DNA of 64,000 bases from an uncultured bacterium (GTDB lineage Bacteria > Patescibacteriota > Minisyncoccia > UBA6257 > 2-01-FULL-56-20). Location of the stretch: the NCBI GenBank assembly GCA_963696395.1, contig CAVOJZ010000002.1, forward strand, positions 6,433 through 70,432, read 5' to 3'. Position numbers and translations under genes: made by a program. Numbering within the stretch: position 1 is the first letter of the stretch; each line of letters opens with the position of its first letter. The notes beneath the pieces are model-generated. The model had not been told where the DNA came from and searched no databases. It worked only from the letters and a program-made list of their open reading frames with translations. Below, piece after piece: positions 1 through 10,151 of the stretch.

Positions 1-704
<704 letters not shown>

Positions 705-708
<4 letters not shown>

Positions 709-914
709 GCGTCGACGAGGGGCTCGCCGAGCTCGCCGCGGAGATCGACGCGCTCGCCGAGCGCCTGGCGGATCGCTCCTTGGAGCTCCTTCGCACCGCG
801 GTCCGCGAGGGGCCGACCACGGAGGCGGCGCGGCGCGAGAAGCTCGTGACCCGGGCTCGGCGATCCCTCGAGAAGGCCGCGACGCTGCTGCGCGGCCTCG
901 ACGACGAGCGATAG
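705..914 (+). CDS. Small hypothetical helical protein (about 69 aa), GTG start overlapping the upstream stop (GTGA)
   Basis: In-frame segment VSVDEGLAELAAEIDALAERLADRS...GLDDER inside ORF 39..914. High-GC DNA yields long ORFs by chance, so support is weak. Confidence 0.2.
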
Positions 915-918
915 GACG

Positions 919-1810
919 TCAGTACTCGTTGAGCGCGTCGATGAGCGCGCGCAGCCGCGCGTAGCTGAACTTGTCGAAGCGCAGCGCCACCCGCGCGAGG
1001 TCGAGGTGGTCGTGATCGGATCGCTCGGGCGGCAGGGGCTGGGTCGAGCGGATCCTCCCTGACACCGTGATGTCCTTGAACTGCTCGGACAGCTCGAGCA
1101 GCGCCGCGTCGTCGGGGAGCCGTGCGAGGCGCAGCACGAGCAGGTCCCCGACCCATCGGGCGGAGTGGTAGTTGCGGTAGTAGCGCTGGATCTCCGCGCA
1201 CGCCTCGTGCACGCTCGTCGCGATGCGGAAGAACGCGAGGTCGGGCACCGAGACGTAGCCGCGCGCGACGACCTCCTCCTCGACGAAGCGGAGCCAGGCG
1301 TGCCAGAACCCCTCCGCCGGGGGTCTCGACGAGGACGACCGGCGCGGGCTCGGCCTTCCCGGTCTGCAGGAGCGTCAGGAGCTCGAAGCACTCGTCGAGG
1401 GTGCCGAAGCCGCCCGGCAGGACGACGTAGGCGTGAGACTCCTTGATGAGCATCAGCTTGCGCGTGAAGAAGTAGCGCATCTCGACGAGCTTCGGGTCCT
1501 GTGCGATGAACGCGTTCGCGCCCTGCTCGTGGGGGAGGCGGATGTTCACGCCGAAGGAGCGGTCCCGGCCCGCGCCCTCGGTGCCCGCGGCCATGATCCC
1601 GGGGCCCGCGCCGGTCACGATCATCCAGCCGTCCGACGCGAGCTGGCGAGCGAGGTCGCGTGCGAGCACGTAGATCGGGTCCTCGGGTGCGGTGCGCGCC
1701 GAGCCGAACATCGTGACCTTGCGCACGTTGCGCCAGGGACGGAAGACCTCGAAGGCCTCAGCCATCTCCTTCAGCGCGGTGTCGGCGATCTTCAGGTCGA
1801 GGGTGTCGAC
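919..1810 (-). pseudogene. LOG family protein (TIGR00730-type Rossmann fold), frameshifted
   Basis: MFGSARTAPEDP...VTGAGPGIMAAGTEGA...VVLPGGFGTLDECFELLTLLQTGK...VETPGGG is read in the frame of ORF 596..3259 (M at 1711 or 1765). The C-terminal part continues in a different frame (ORF 919..1248), so there is at least one frameshift near 1250-1310. Confidence 0.6.
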
Positions 1811-1899
1811 TGTCCACGCGCGCGAGCTGCACCACGGTCTCGAACATGGACACGACGAGGTCACGCTGCTGTCGGGCAGAGCCCTGCACCTGCGACGAG

Positions 1900-4212
1900 C
1901 TCGTCGACGACGGTCCGGACGCGCTCGTCGGTCGTCATGCCGTCGGGCGTAGAGGGTGGTGCGCTGCACGCAGCGGCCGACCGAGCGGGCGCGACGATGG
2001 CTCGCGAGCTCGTCGACGCCCATGCCCTGCCCGTGCGCCGCGCCCGCGGCGCGCGAGATGTTCTCGTCCATCAGCGTGCCGCCGAGGTCGTTGGCGCCCG
2101 CGACGAGCACCTGGCGCGAGCCCTCGGCGCCGAGCTTCACCCAGGAGACCTGGATGTTGTCGATGGCGCCGGCGTAGCGCGAGCCGCCCGACGGCGTGCA
2201 TGAGGAGCGTCTCGCGGAAGGTCGGGCCGCTTCGCGCGCCATGCCGCGCAGGTAGATCGGCGTCGCCATGTGCACGAACGGGCAGCGGCACGAACTCGGT
2301 GAAGCCGCCCGTGCGCCGCTGGAGCTCCCGCGTGCGCGAGCAGGTGTCGCGCCCAGCGAGCGCGGCTGCTCGACGGCGCCGAACATGATCGTGACGTTCG
2401 AGCGCAGCCCGACCGACGTGGGCGGTCTCGTGCACCTCGAGCCACTGCGTCGGTGTTGATCTTGTCGGGGCACAGGACCTTGCGCGACCTCGTCGTCGAG
2501 GATCTCGGCGGCCGTGCCCGGCAGCGTCTTCAGCCCGGCGTCCTTCAGGCGCGTCAGGTACTCGGCAGCGACACGCCCGAGCGCCGCGCGCCCTCGAAGC
2601 ACCTCGAGCGCGCTGAAGGCGTGAATGTGGATCGTCGGGCGAGCCCTCCCGGACCGCGCGCAGCGACGTCGAGGTAGTAGTCGCCGTCGAAGGACGGGTG
2701 GATCCCGCCCTGCAGGCAGACCTCGGTGCGCCCGCGGTCCTCGGCCTCGCGCGACCCGGCGCGCGACCTCCTCGAGGTCGAGCAGGTACGGGTCGCCGCG
2801 CAGGTTGAGCGAGAGCGGTCCCTTCGAGAACGCGCAGAACCGGCACTTGAAGGTGCAGACGTTCGTGTAGTTGATGTTGCGGTTCACGACGTAGGTGACG
2901 TCCTCGACCATTGACCTCGCGCCGCAGGCGTCGGCGCGCCTCGGAGATCGCGTCGACGTCGCCGCCGCGCGCGCTGAAGAGCGCACGAGCTCGTCCTCGC
3001 CGAGCTCGTGACCCGAGCGCACGCCGGCGAGCACCTCGGCGACCGCGCCGCGGACCGACGAGCGACGCGGCGCCGCACCGGCGGCGGCGGCTCGGCGCCC
3101 CCGAGACCCAGGCGTCGTCGCGGCCGTAGCCGTCGGCGTCGTCGGAGCTGGAGGACCTTGGGCGCAGGGCAGCGTCGAGCCACCGCTCCGGGTCGACGCG
3201 CCACCTCGGGGTAGACCGTGAGCCGCGGGGCGAGCGCGAAGCCCGCGCTCGATCGACACCGTCGCGAGCGTGCTCGAGCTGCGGCCAGGCGCGCTCGGGG
3301 TTCACGTGGTCGAGCGTCACCGGCGAGATGCCCGCCGAGGTCGTCGGTGCCTGCGTCGACGATCGAGTCGGGTCGTCGCACGAGGTTGGGCGGTGCCTGG
3401 ACGTGGACGCGTTGGGCAGGAGCAGGCGCGCGGCCGCGATCGTCCAGAGCAGCTCCTCGAGCGGGGCCGGCGGCCAGTCGGCCATCGGGGTCCTCGGCTT
3501 CGGCAGGAAGTTCTGGACGATCACCTCTTGGACGTGGCCGTGGCGCTCGTGGCGACTCGGCGATCGCCGCCAGCGCGCTCAGACGGTCGGCGCGGTCCTC
3601 GCCGATCCCGACGAGCACGCCCGTGGTGAACGGGATGGCGAGCTCGCCGGCGAGCGCGAGCGTCGCGAGGCGACGCTCGGGCGTCTTGTCAGGGGCCAGG
3701 CGGTGCGCGTCGAGGTCGTCGCGCAGCGACTCGAGCATCATCCCCTGGCTGGCTGCGACCGCGCGCAGCGCGCGAGCTCGTCGCGGTAGAGGGCCCCTGC
3801 GTTCGCGTGGGGGAGCAGGCCCGTCTCGGGGAGCACGGCCGCGCAGGCCGCCGCGAGGTACTCGACGGTCGATCGCGTAGCCGTGCTGCCGCCAGCCACG
3901 ACGCGGCGTCGGCGTAGCGCAGCTCGGGTCGCTCGCCCAAGCGTGAAGAGGGCCTCGGTGCAGCCCGCCGCCGCGCCGCGCGCGCGCGAGGTCGAGGACC
4001 TCGTCGATCGACAGGTAGGGCGCGGCGAGGTGCGCCGGCGCCTTCGCGAAGGTGCAGTAGCCGCAGCGGTCCCGGCACAGCTCGGTCAGCGGGATGAAGA
4101 CCTTCGGCGAGTAGGTGACGGTCCGGCCGAAGAGTCGGTCGCGTCGCTCCCTCGCCACCTCGGCGAGCTCGCCGCTCGGCGCGTCGAGGAGGTCGTCGAG
4201 GACGATCACGGG
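1900..4212 (-). pseudogene. fbiC: FO synthase FbiC (fused CofG + CofH radical-SAM domains), multiply frameshifted
   Basis: CofG motifs (RTVTYSPKVFIPLTELCRDRCGYCTFAKAP; LGERPELRYADAAS; LWTIAAARLLLP) and CofH motifs (DVTYVVNRNINYTNVCTFKCRFCAFSKG; IHIHAFSALEV; NIQVSWVKLG...GANDLGGTLMDENISRAAGA; RTTLY) are scattered over three minus-strand frames (ORFs 2884..4440, 1935..3524, 596..3259). More than 6 frame changes are implied. Confidence 0.7.
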
Positions 4213-4225
4213 CGTCGGGGCCGGC

Positions 4226-5311
4226 TCACGCGACCGCCCGCTTCGAGTCGATCGTGGCGAGCAGCTCAGCGTAGCTGTCGGCGAACGACGCGACGCCCCG
4301 CTGCTCGAGCACCTCGGCGACGTCGTCCATCGAGACACCGGCGGCCTCGATCGCCTCGAGCGTCGCGTGCGCCTCGCCGACCTCGACGTCCACGGTCCTC
4401 GCGACGGTCCCGTGGTCGCGGAACGCCTCGATGGTCTCATCGGGCATCGTGTTCACCGTCGAGGGTCCGATCAGCGTGTCGACGTACAGGAGGTCGGCGT
4501 ACGCGGGGTTCTTCGTCGAGGTCGACGCCCAGAGCGGTCGCTGGGGCCTCGCCCCTGCGGCCGCGAGGGCCGCGAACCGCGCGCCGCCATGGTGCTCGGT
4601 GAACCGCTCGTAGGCGAGCTTCGCCTGCGCGACGGCGGCGCGACCCTTGAGCGAGCTCGGCGCGTGGAGCGCGTCGAGCCGCGCGTCGACCTCGGTGTCG
4701 ACCCTCGAGACGAAGAACGACGCCACCGAGGCGATCCGGTGCAGGTCCCGGCCTGCGGCCGCCGCCTGCTCGAGGCCGCCCATGAAGGCGTCCATCACCG
4801 CGACGTAGCGCTCGAGCCCGAAGATGAGCGTCACGTTGATGCTGATGCCCTCGGCGAGGAGCGCGGTGATCGCGCCGAGCCCCTCGACGGTCGCGGGGAC
4901 CTTCACGAGCAGGTTGTCGAGGGAGAACTTGGCCGACACCGCCCGCGCCGCGGCGATCGTGGCGTCGGTGTCGTGCGCGAGCGTGGGTGCGACCTCGAAG
5001 GAGACGAAGCCATCGGCCCCGTCGGACGACTCGTAGAGCGGCCGAAGCAGCGCCGCGACGTCGGAGATGTCGCGTCCGGCGAGCTCGACGAACGCCTCGT
5101 CGGACTTCGTGTCGCCGAGCGTGGCCACCTGCTCGTCGTAGAGGTCGGTCGCCTCGAGCGCCTTCGCGAAGATCGTCGGGTTGGAGGTGACGCCCCGGAT
5201 GCCCTCGTCGACGAGGGTCGCCATCGTGCCGTCGCGGAGCCAGTCGCGCCGGATGTTGTCGAGCCAGGGGCTCTGGCCACCGTGGTCGAAGAGCGAGGCG
5301 AGCGTGGTCAT
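4226..5311 (-). CDS. tal: Transaldolase
   Basis: Uninterrupted 361-aa ORF with transaldolase motifs (SPWLDNIRRDWL, GVTSNPTIFAKAL, actinobacterial-type length). Its start overlaps the tkt stop. Confidence 0.9.
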   Translation of the reverse strand: MTTLASLFDHGGQSPWLDNIRRDWLRDGTMATLVDEGIRGVTSNPTIFAKALEATDLYDEQVATLGDTKSDEAFVELAGRDISDVAALLRPLYESSDGADGFVSFEVAPTLAHDTDATIAAARAVSAKFSLDNLLVKVPATVEGLGAITALLAEGISINVTLIFGLERYVAVMDAFMGGLEQAAAAGRDLHRIASVASFFVSRVDTEVDARLDALHAPSSLKGRAAVAQAKLAYERFTEHHGGARFAALAAAGARPQRPLWASTSTKNPAYADLLYVDTLIGPSTVNTMPDETIEAFRDHGTVARTVDVEVGEAHATLEAIEAAGVSMDDVAEVLEQRGVASFADSYAELLATIDSKRAVA

Positions 5312-6021
5312 GCGCCGAGCAGCTCCTTCACCGTTGACGCGACGGCGGACGCCGTGAAGCCGAAGAACTCGAGCGCCACGTCACCAGGGGCGCTCACGCC
5401 GAACGTGTCGATGCCGATGGACTCGTCGGCGTAGCGCTCCCAGCCGAGCGTGACCCCCGCCTCGACGGAGAGGACGGGCAGGTCCTCGGGGAAGACGGAC
5501 GCCTGGTACTCGAAGCTCGTCGCGTCGAACCACTCCCAGCACGGCATCGAGACGACCCGGACCGGCATCCCCGCGGCCTCGAGGGGCGCCGCCGCCTCGA
5601 GGCAGAGGTGCACCTCGCTGCCCGTCGCGACGAGCGTCGCCTGGGCGCCGGCCGGGTCCGAGAGCACGTACGCGCCGTCGAGGGGGGTGCCCACGGCGGG
5701 GTGCAGCACCTCGTCGAGCACCGGCAAGGCCTGGCGCGACAGGATCATCGCCGCCGGGCCGTCGACGGCCAGGAACGCGTCGAACACCGCCTCGCACTCG
5801 TTGGCGTCCGCGGGGCGGATCACGTCGAGCCCGGGGATCGCGCGCAGCGAGCACAGCTGGTCGACCGGCTGGTGGGTCGGGCCGTCCTGGCCGAGGCCGA
5901 TCGAGTCGTGGCTGAACAGGTACCGCACGGGCGCCTCGGAGATCGCCGCCACGCGGATCGCAGAGCGCATGTAGTCGGAGAACGCGAAGAACGTCGCGCC
6001 CACCGGGATGATCCCGCCGGA
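5308..6021 (-). CDS. tkt: Transketolase, C-terminal ~237 aa only (5' part absent; truncated at the GC-content junction)
   Basis: GGIIPVGATFFAFSDYMRSAIRVAAISEAPVRYLFSHDSIGLGQDGPTHQPVDQL...RPADANE...VVSMPCWEWF... are transketolase TPP/C-terminal domain motifs. The ORF is continuous into low-GC DNA, which encodes an unrelated protein. Confidence 0.85.
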   Translation of the reverse strand, partial: SGGIIPVGATFFAFSDYMRSAIRVAAISEAPVRYLFSHDSIGLGQDGPTHQPVDQLCSLRAIPGLDVIRPADANECEAVFDAFLAVDGPAAMILSRQALPVLDEVLHPAVGTPLDGAYVLSDPAGAQATLVATGSEVHLCLEAAAPLEAAGMPVRVVSMPCWEWFDATSFEYQASVFPEDLPVLSVEAGVTLGWERYADESIGIDTFGVSAPGDVALEFFGFTASAVASTVKELLGA

Positions 6022-6753
6022 AAGGTTTGCAATAAATATTTTTCCGGAATCCATAATGTCTCGCATATTGATCGTCGAACGTGACTGGCCTAAAATATTC
6101 CGGATGAGCGGATTTGAAACGAACTGCCCGACTTTGTTTTGGATCGCCGCCAATGCTTCGGTTTCCAATTTTTGCGAATAGCGCGCAAACTCATTCTGCC
6201 AGAAAGCCTTGATGATCGGATCTTTCAGGTTATCTACGATATTTTTTCGGTACGGCGGCTCCGAAAACATGCGCAAAACGCCAAGCAACGTTGAGCCGGG
6301 GTATTCGAGAAGGGCAAGCAACGTATTGTTTAAAATGTATTCCATGCGCGCCGACCATGCGTCAACCCAGATTTTCTTGAAAACACCCATGATGCCCGAA
6401 GCGACCAGATGGCGGAACTCGGTCCCGACCTGTTCCATTGGGTTAAACGCAACCGGGTGCTCCATGTCCGAAGGATCGAAATAGATGACGTCATCGAGCC
6501 GATTCTCGGGAATAAAATCCAAAAGCATTTCGGCGGATGAACCGTGCGGATCGATAAAGGCAATTCCTTTCCCCGATTTAATGTCGGCGATCGCCATATT
6601 CTCAAGGAGCGTACTTTTTCCGACCCCTGTTTTTCCCACCACATATACGTGGCGCCGGCGGTCATCAAGTTTGATGCCAAATTTTTGCTCTTTATTGCCC
6701 CTGAAATTATGGAATCCGAGCGGGGTGATGTCTTTGTTTTGGTCGTGTGGCAT
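6022..6753 (-). CDS. Type IV secretion coupling-protein-like ATPase (TraD/VirD4/TraG family), N-terminal ~243 aa, truncated at the junction
   Basis: Walker A VVGKTGVGKSTLL is followed by IAFIDPHGS (a DPKG-type motif of T4SS coupling proteins). Low-GC codon usage. The C-terminus is missing. Confidence 0.6.
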
Positions 6754-6756
6754 TGG

Positions 6757-8073
6757 TTATTGTAATTCCTCTTCTTCAATGACCGGCAGCGATGCCGGTG
6801 GACTACCTTTGCGGGAACCGATCTTTTCAAGTTCGGTGGTGGAAACCGTGCCAAGCGGAAAATGGAAAAGGGTCGCGAGCTCCTCGGTGTTAAAGACAGC
6901 TGTTGGTGATCCGTGGAGAATATTTTTGTAATGTTCGTAGAGAAGTCGCTTCCGCCAGGCGAGACGAGTTTTTTTAAATAATCCTTTCACCGCATAACCC
7001 GCGGTCGTAGTCGACTTCTCCGGTTTTAACTGCTGAAGGTTTTGTGTATTAAACTGGCGCATAAAACCATGGAGTGAGTTGATATAGCCCGAATCGGGCG
7101 ACGCAACATCCCTCTGGGTGATTACTACAAATCGGACCGTCGTATCAAACGAAAGTTTGGCAATTTTCTGCTGGATTGCATCGCCGCGCTCCTTGTCATG
7201 GGGCGAAAGCAAAAGCCGCGGAAACTTGTCCTTTTCCTCTTTTTTCGCAGCCCGTTCACCGGGATGCTGAAACGGTGCCCGCACAACATCTTCGGCGGTG
7301 AAGCCAAGATCGAATCCCGCGAAAACTCCTTTCTTTTTTTCTTCAGTCAGGCCATACATTTTATCGAGCGCAGCCTTTCCCGCCTTAAACGTAGTCTCGC
7401 CAGCCGGACGAACAAGAACCTGATACCAGATTTGTTCGCCCTCTTTCAATTTTGACATGATCTCCATGAGGCCGGCGATTGGATCAAGTCTTTGCTCCTC
7501 GACGCTTTCCTCGAACATTGGATAGGTCCGGATTGGGAAATAAGCTTCGTGGCGCTGGACTTCTTCAAATCCGGAAAGGTCAAAGTTACGGTTCGGGATG
7601 ATCTTCGGCATTTCGTCCAGATAGTCATCCGCTTCGGTGATTTCCGCGTCGGGATACTGACCGTAAATCGCCGACTCAATCATATTCCGATATTCATCCG
7701 GAACGCGTAGGTAAAAATGTGTCTCCCCTACCCGCCCAATCAACTCGAATGACATCCAATATTCATCTCTGCCTTGTATGTATTTTTGAAACCAACTATA
7801 GCCATAGGAATACGGAGCGTGGGCGGCGGCAAAGATCTGCTCCATGGCCTTCGGTGTTTTTAGAATATTTTTAGGAACTTTAAGCTCCAACAACGTCCAG
7901 TGAATATGGTGTACCCACTTGTGATGCAAATAAAGATGCCAGGCTTCCCAAAAAACGATGATCGCAATAAGGGGCGCAGCAAACCACCAGACCGCCTCCC
8001 AGACGGCCCATATACTGCCCAGAATTCCCAGAACGAAAGACGGCAATGTTGGCAATGAAAAGAAATTAGACAT
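6757..8073 (-). CDS. Membrane protein (N-terminal TM segments plus large soluble domain), hypothetical; operonic with the TraD-like ATPase
   Basis: 438-aa ORF with hydrophobic N-terminus (FVLGILGSIWAVWEAVWWFAAPLIAIIVFW). Its stop lies 3 bp from the ATG of the downstream ATPase gene. Confidence 0.6.
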   Translation of the reverse strand: MSNFFSLPTLPSFVLGILGSIWAVWEAVWWFAAPLIAIIVFWEAWHLYLHHKWVHHIHWTLLELKVPKNILKTPKAMEQIFAAAHAPYSYGYSWFQKYIQGRDEYWMSFELIGRVGETHFYLRVPDEYRNMIESAIYGQYPDAEITEADDYLDEMPKIIPNRNFDLSGFEEVQRHEAYFPIRTYPMFEESVEEQRLDPIAGLMEIMSKLKEGEQIWYQVLVRPAGETTFKAGKAALDKMYGLTEEKKKGVFAGFDLGFTAEDVVRAPFQHPGERAAKKEEKDKFPRLLLSPHDKERGDAIQQKIAKLSFDTTVRFVVITQRDVASPDSGYINSLHGFMRQFNTQNLQQLKPEKSTTTAGYAVKGLFKKTRLAWRKRLLYEHYKNILHGSPTAVFNTEELATLFHFPLGTVSTTELEKIGSRKGSPPASLPVIEEEELQ

Positions 8074-8139
8074 AGTACGCTATCTTAAGGATAGCAAAAT
8101 TTTCAAAAGTGCGGAGGGCGGATGCGAACGCAATCAAGC

Positions 8140-9171
8140 CTACGCCTCCCGGACGCGATACCTGCCGTCCGGCATGCGCTCAAAGTAACTCTTATTTTGC
8201 AAATTGATAAGAATGGTGTTCGGCTTGAAAAAACGCTCATGATTTACATGGGTGACGACATCAGTCGGGCGCAACGGTCCGCGGTGCTTCAAAACTTTTG
8301 CGATCACCTGCCGTGCAGTGCCCGGTTCATACCCGTTCTCTTTCAATCCGTACATCCCGCGTCCGACGAGGACAAACCGCTCATCCTTGATAAGTTCGTT
8401 GTGGACGGTCGGAGCAAGAGCTTTCTGATCATCAAAACCAACATTGTTGATATGCTTGGCGATATCCTCAAAATGGAGCGGCTCCGCCTTTTTCTTCAAA
8501 ACCAAATAGATTTTGTCCCGAACGGTTGAAGGGCTTATCTCAGGCCATTCCCGAAGACCAACATCGCCATACGGGTTCTGATGAATCCGCTTTGAAAGTG
8601 AGAGGTAATTTTCGGCGATATTTTTCTGAGCCGATTTCGATTTCAAAAACGACGCGAGCTGAACGTTATACGAATCTGCAAATACCTTATCCTTCCGGTC
8701 TTTCAAAAAATTAACCCAATTATCGACAAAAGTCTGCGCTGTTTTCATGTCTTTCTCGCTCACGTAATAGAAGGGGTGATAGCGCTCGTCTTCGCGGTAC
8801 AAATTAAAAGCTCCCGTTGCTTCGGCAAGGAAATCGAGGTGCTCCTCCCGGACTCCGTTCATTACCGTTGACGCAAACTGGGCAACATCCTCCTTTCGGG
8901 CGACGCCGCCTTTGCTTGCGATAAATTTCTTAATGCGGTCAAGCGCAGTTCCTGCTTCTGGGTTTTGCAGGAGGTTTTTCTTTACGAGCACGATCGCGCC
9001 GTTTTCAATCTGGCGCACCCGCTCACGGGTTACATTCAACCGATCCCCGATTGCAGCCAGAGTTTCGCCTCCGGAGCCCTTTTCCAGCCCAAAACGAGCC
9101 GTTATAACCTCCTTTTGACGGGGGCTTAGGTCGGCCAATGCGCTGGTTACGATTTTAGAGATAGACGACAT
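8140..9171 (-). CDS. DNA-binding protein with N-terminal sigma-70 region-4-like HTH and internal HARE-HTH-like winged-helix domain
   Basis: The N-terminus LSPRQKEVITARFGL...ETLAAIGDRLNVTRERVRQIE matches sigma70_r4. The segment KIYLVLKKKAEPLHFEDIAKHINNVGF...RFVLVGRGMYGLKENGY resembles HARE-HTH (RNAP delta / restriction-enzyme type). Confidence 0.7.
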   Translation of the reverse strand: MSSISKIVTSALADLSPRQKEVITARFGLEKGSGGETLAAIGDRLNVTRERVRQIENGAIVLVKKNLLQNPEAGTALDRIKKFIASKGGVARKEDVAQFASTVMNGVREEHLDFLAEATGAFNLYREDERYHPFYYVSEKDMKTAQTFVDNWVNFLKDRKDKVFADSYNVQLASFLKSKSAQKNIAENYLSLSKRIHQNPYGDVGLREWPEISPSTVRDKIYLVLKKKAEPLHFEDIAKHINNVGFDDQKALAPTVHNELIKDERFVLVGRGMYGLKENGYEPGTARQVIAKVLKHRGPLRPTDVVTHVNHERFFKPNTILINLQNKSYFERMPDGRYRVREA

Positions 9172-9249
9172 GGTTTATTTATTTTCTTGTAATATAACCT
9201 ATACTACACTAAAACGCAAGGCCCTGTCAACAACCCCTTGCCTAAGGAC

Positions 9250-10149
9250 CTAATTAGTGTCTTTCGGGCTAACAAGAACAAGCGCCGGACTCGCAATAAA
9301 GATTGACGAATAAATACCGGTCGTTACTCCAACGAGCAGCGTGAGAACGAAGTATTGCAGGTCGGTCGGGCCGGCAAAATAGAGTGCGAGGAGAACAAGG
9401 ATGAGCGTGAGTGACGTGTTGATTGAACGAGCCAAGGTCTGGTTCACGCTGTCATTGATAATTTTTTGGAACGGAACTTTTCCTCGTTGCGAAAGAAGAT
9501 TTTCACGAATCCGGTCAAATACCACAATTGTGTCATGAACCGAGAAGCCCATCACAACCAGCAACGCAACGATAAAGTTGCTGTCGATTTGCACGTTTTG
9601 CGTATGGCCAAGAAACGCAAGCAAGCCGGCCGGAATAGCGACATCGTGGAAAAGAGTTAAAAGCGTAATCCAGCCGTATTTCCATGAGCTGATTGGACGC
9701 GATGCCTTCCTGAAGGCATAAGCTATGTAAAGTGAAATTCCCACAAGAACAAGGATGATTGCAATAATGGCGTTCGTCTTGAGTCCGGCTCCAATCGAAG
9801 GGCTGATAGATTCAAAATTCAATTCCTGGAACGATGGCCACGTACTTTGGAGAATCTTCAAATCCTGCTGGTGGGTTGCTTCATCGAGTGTGTCGAATCG
9901 TGCCAGAAATTCCTGGTTGCCAGGGTCGTAGCTAATGATTGCGCCCTGAAGGTGAAGGGTGCTTACAAACAAGTTCTGAACCTCCGCAAGCGACGGCTGA
10001 TTTGTGGGTATCTTAAATTCCCACAACGATCCGCCTTTAAACTCTGCGCTTTCCTGGAAGCCGAAGGTGAGCATAGCGATGACCGCGAGTCCGACAAGGA
10101 TCGCCGAAAATGCAAACCATATTTTTTTATGTCCTACGATATTTAACAT
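9250..10149 (-). CDS. secF: Protein translocase subunit SecF
   Basis: 299-aa multi-TM protein, SecF-like, immediately downstream of secD. Confidence 0.9.
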   Translation of the reverse strand: MLNIVGHKKIWFAFSAILVGLAVIAMLTFGFQESAEFKGGSLWEFKIPTNQPSLAEVQNLFVSTLHLQGAIISYDPGNQEFLARFDTLDEATHQQDLKILQSTWPSFQELNFESISPSIGAGLKTNAIIAIILVLVGISLYIAYAFRKASRPISSWKYGWITLLTLFHDVAIPAGLLAFLGHTQNVQIDSNFIVALLVVMGFSVHDTIVVFDRIRENLLSQRGKVPFQKIINDSVNQTLARSINTSLTLILVLLALYFAGPTDLQYFVLTLLVGVTTGIYSSIFIASPALVLVSPKDTN

Positions 10150-10151
10150 GG

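Noticed and set aside
4115-5434. 439-aa + strand ORF (and other long + strand ORFs, e.g. 1433..2203, 3218..3880, 3883..4602) in the high-GC segment
   Set aside because: They are antisense to clearly identifiable tal and fbiC genes, have low-complexity Arg/Gly/Asp-rich translations and no start context. They are GC-driven spurious ORFs.
5308-6753. 481-aa ORF as one protein (TraD-like N-terminus fused to the transketolase C-terminus)
   Set aside because: The two halves differ sharply in GC content and phylogenetic affinity and meet exactly at the compositional break. This is a chimeric junction, not a natural fusion.
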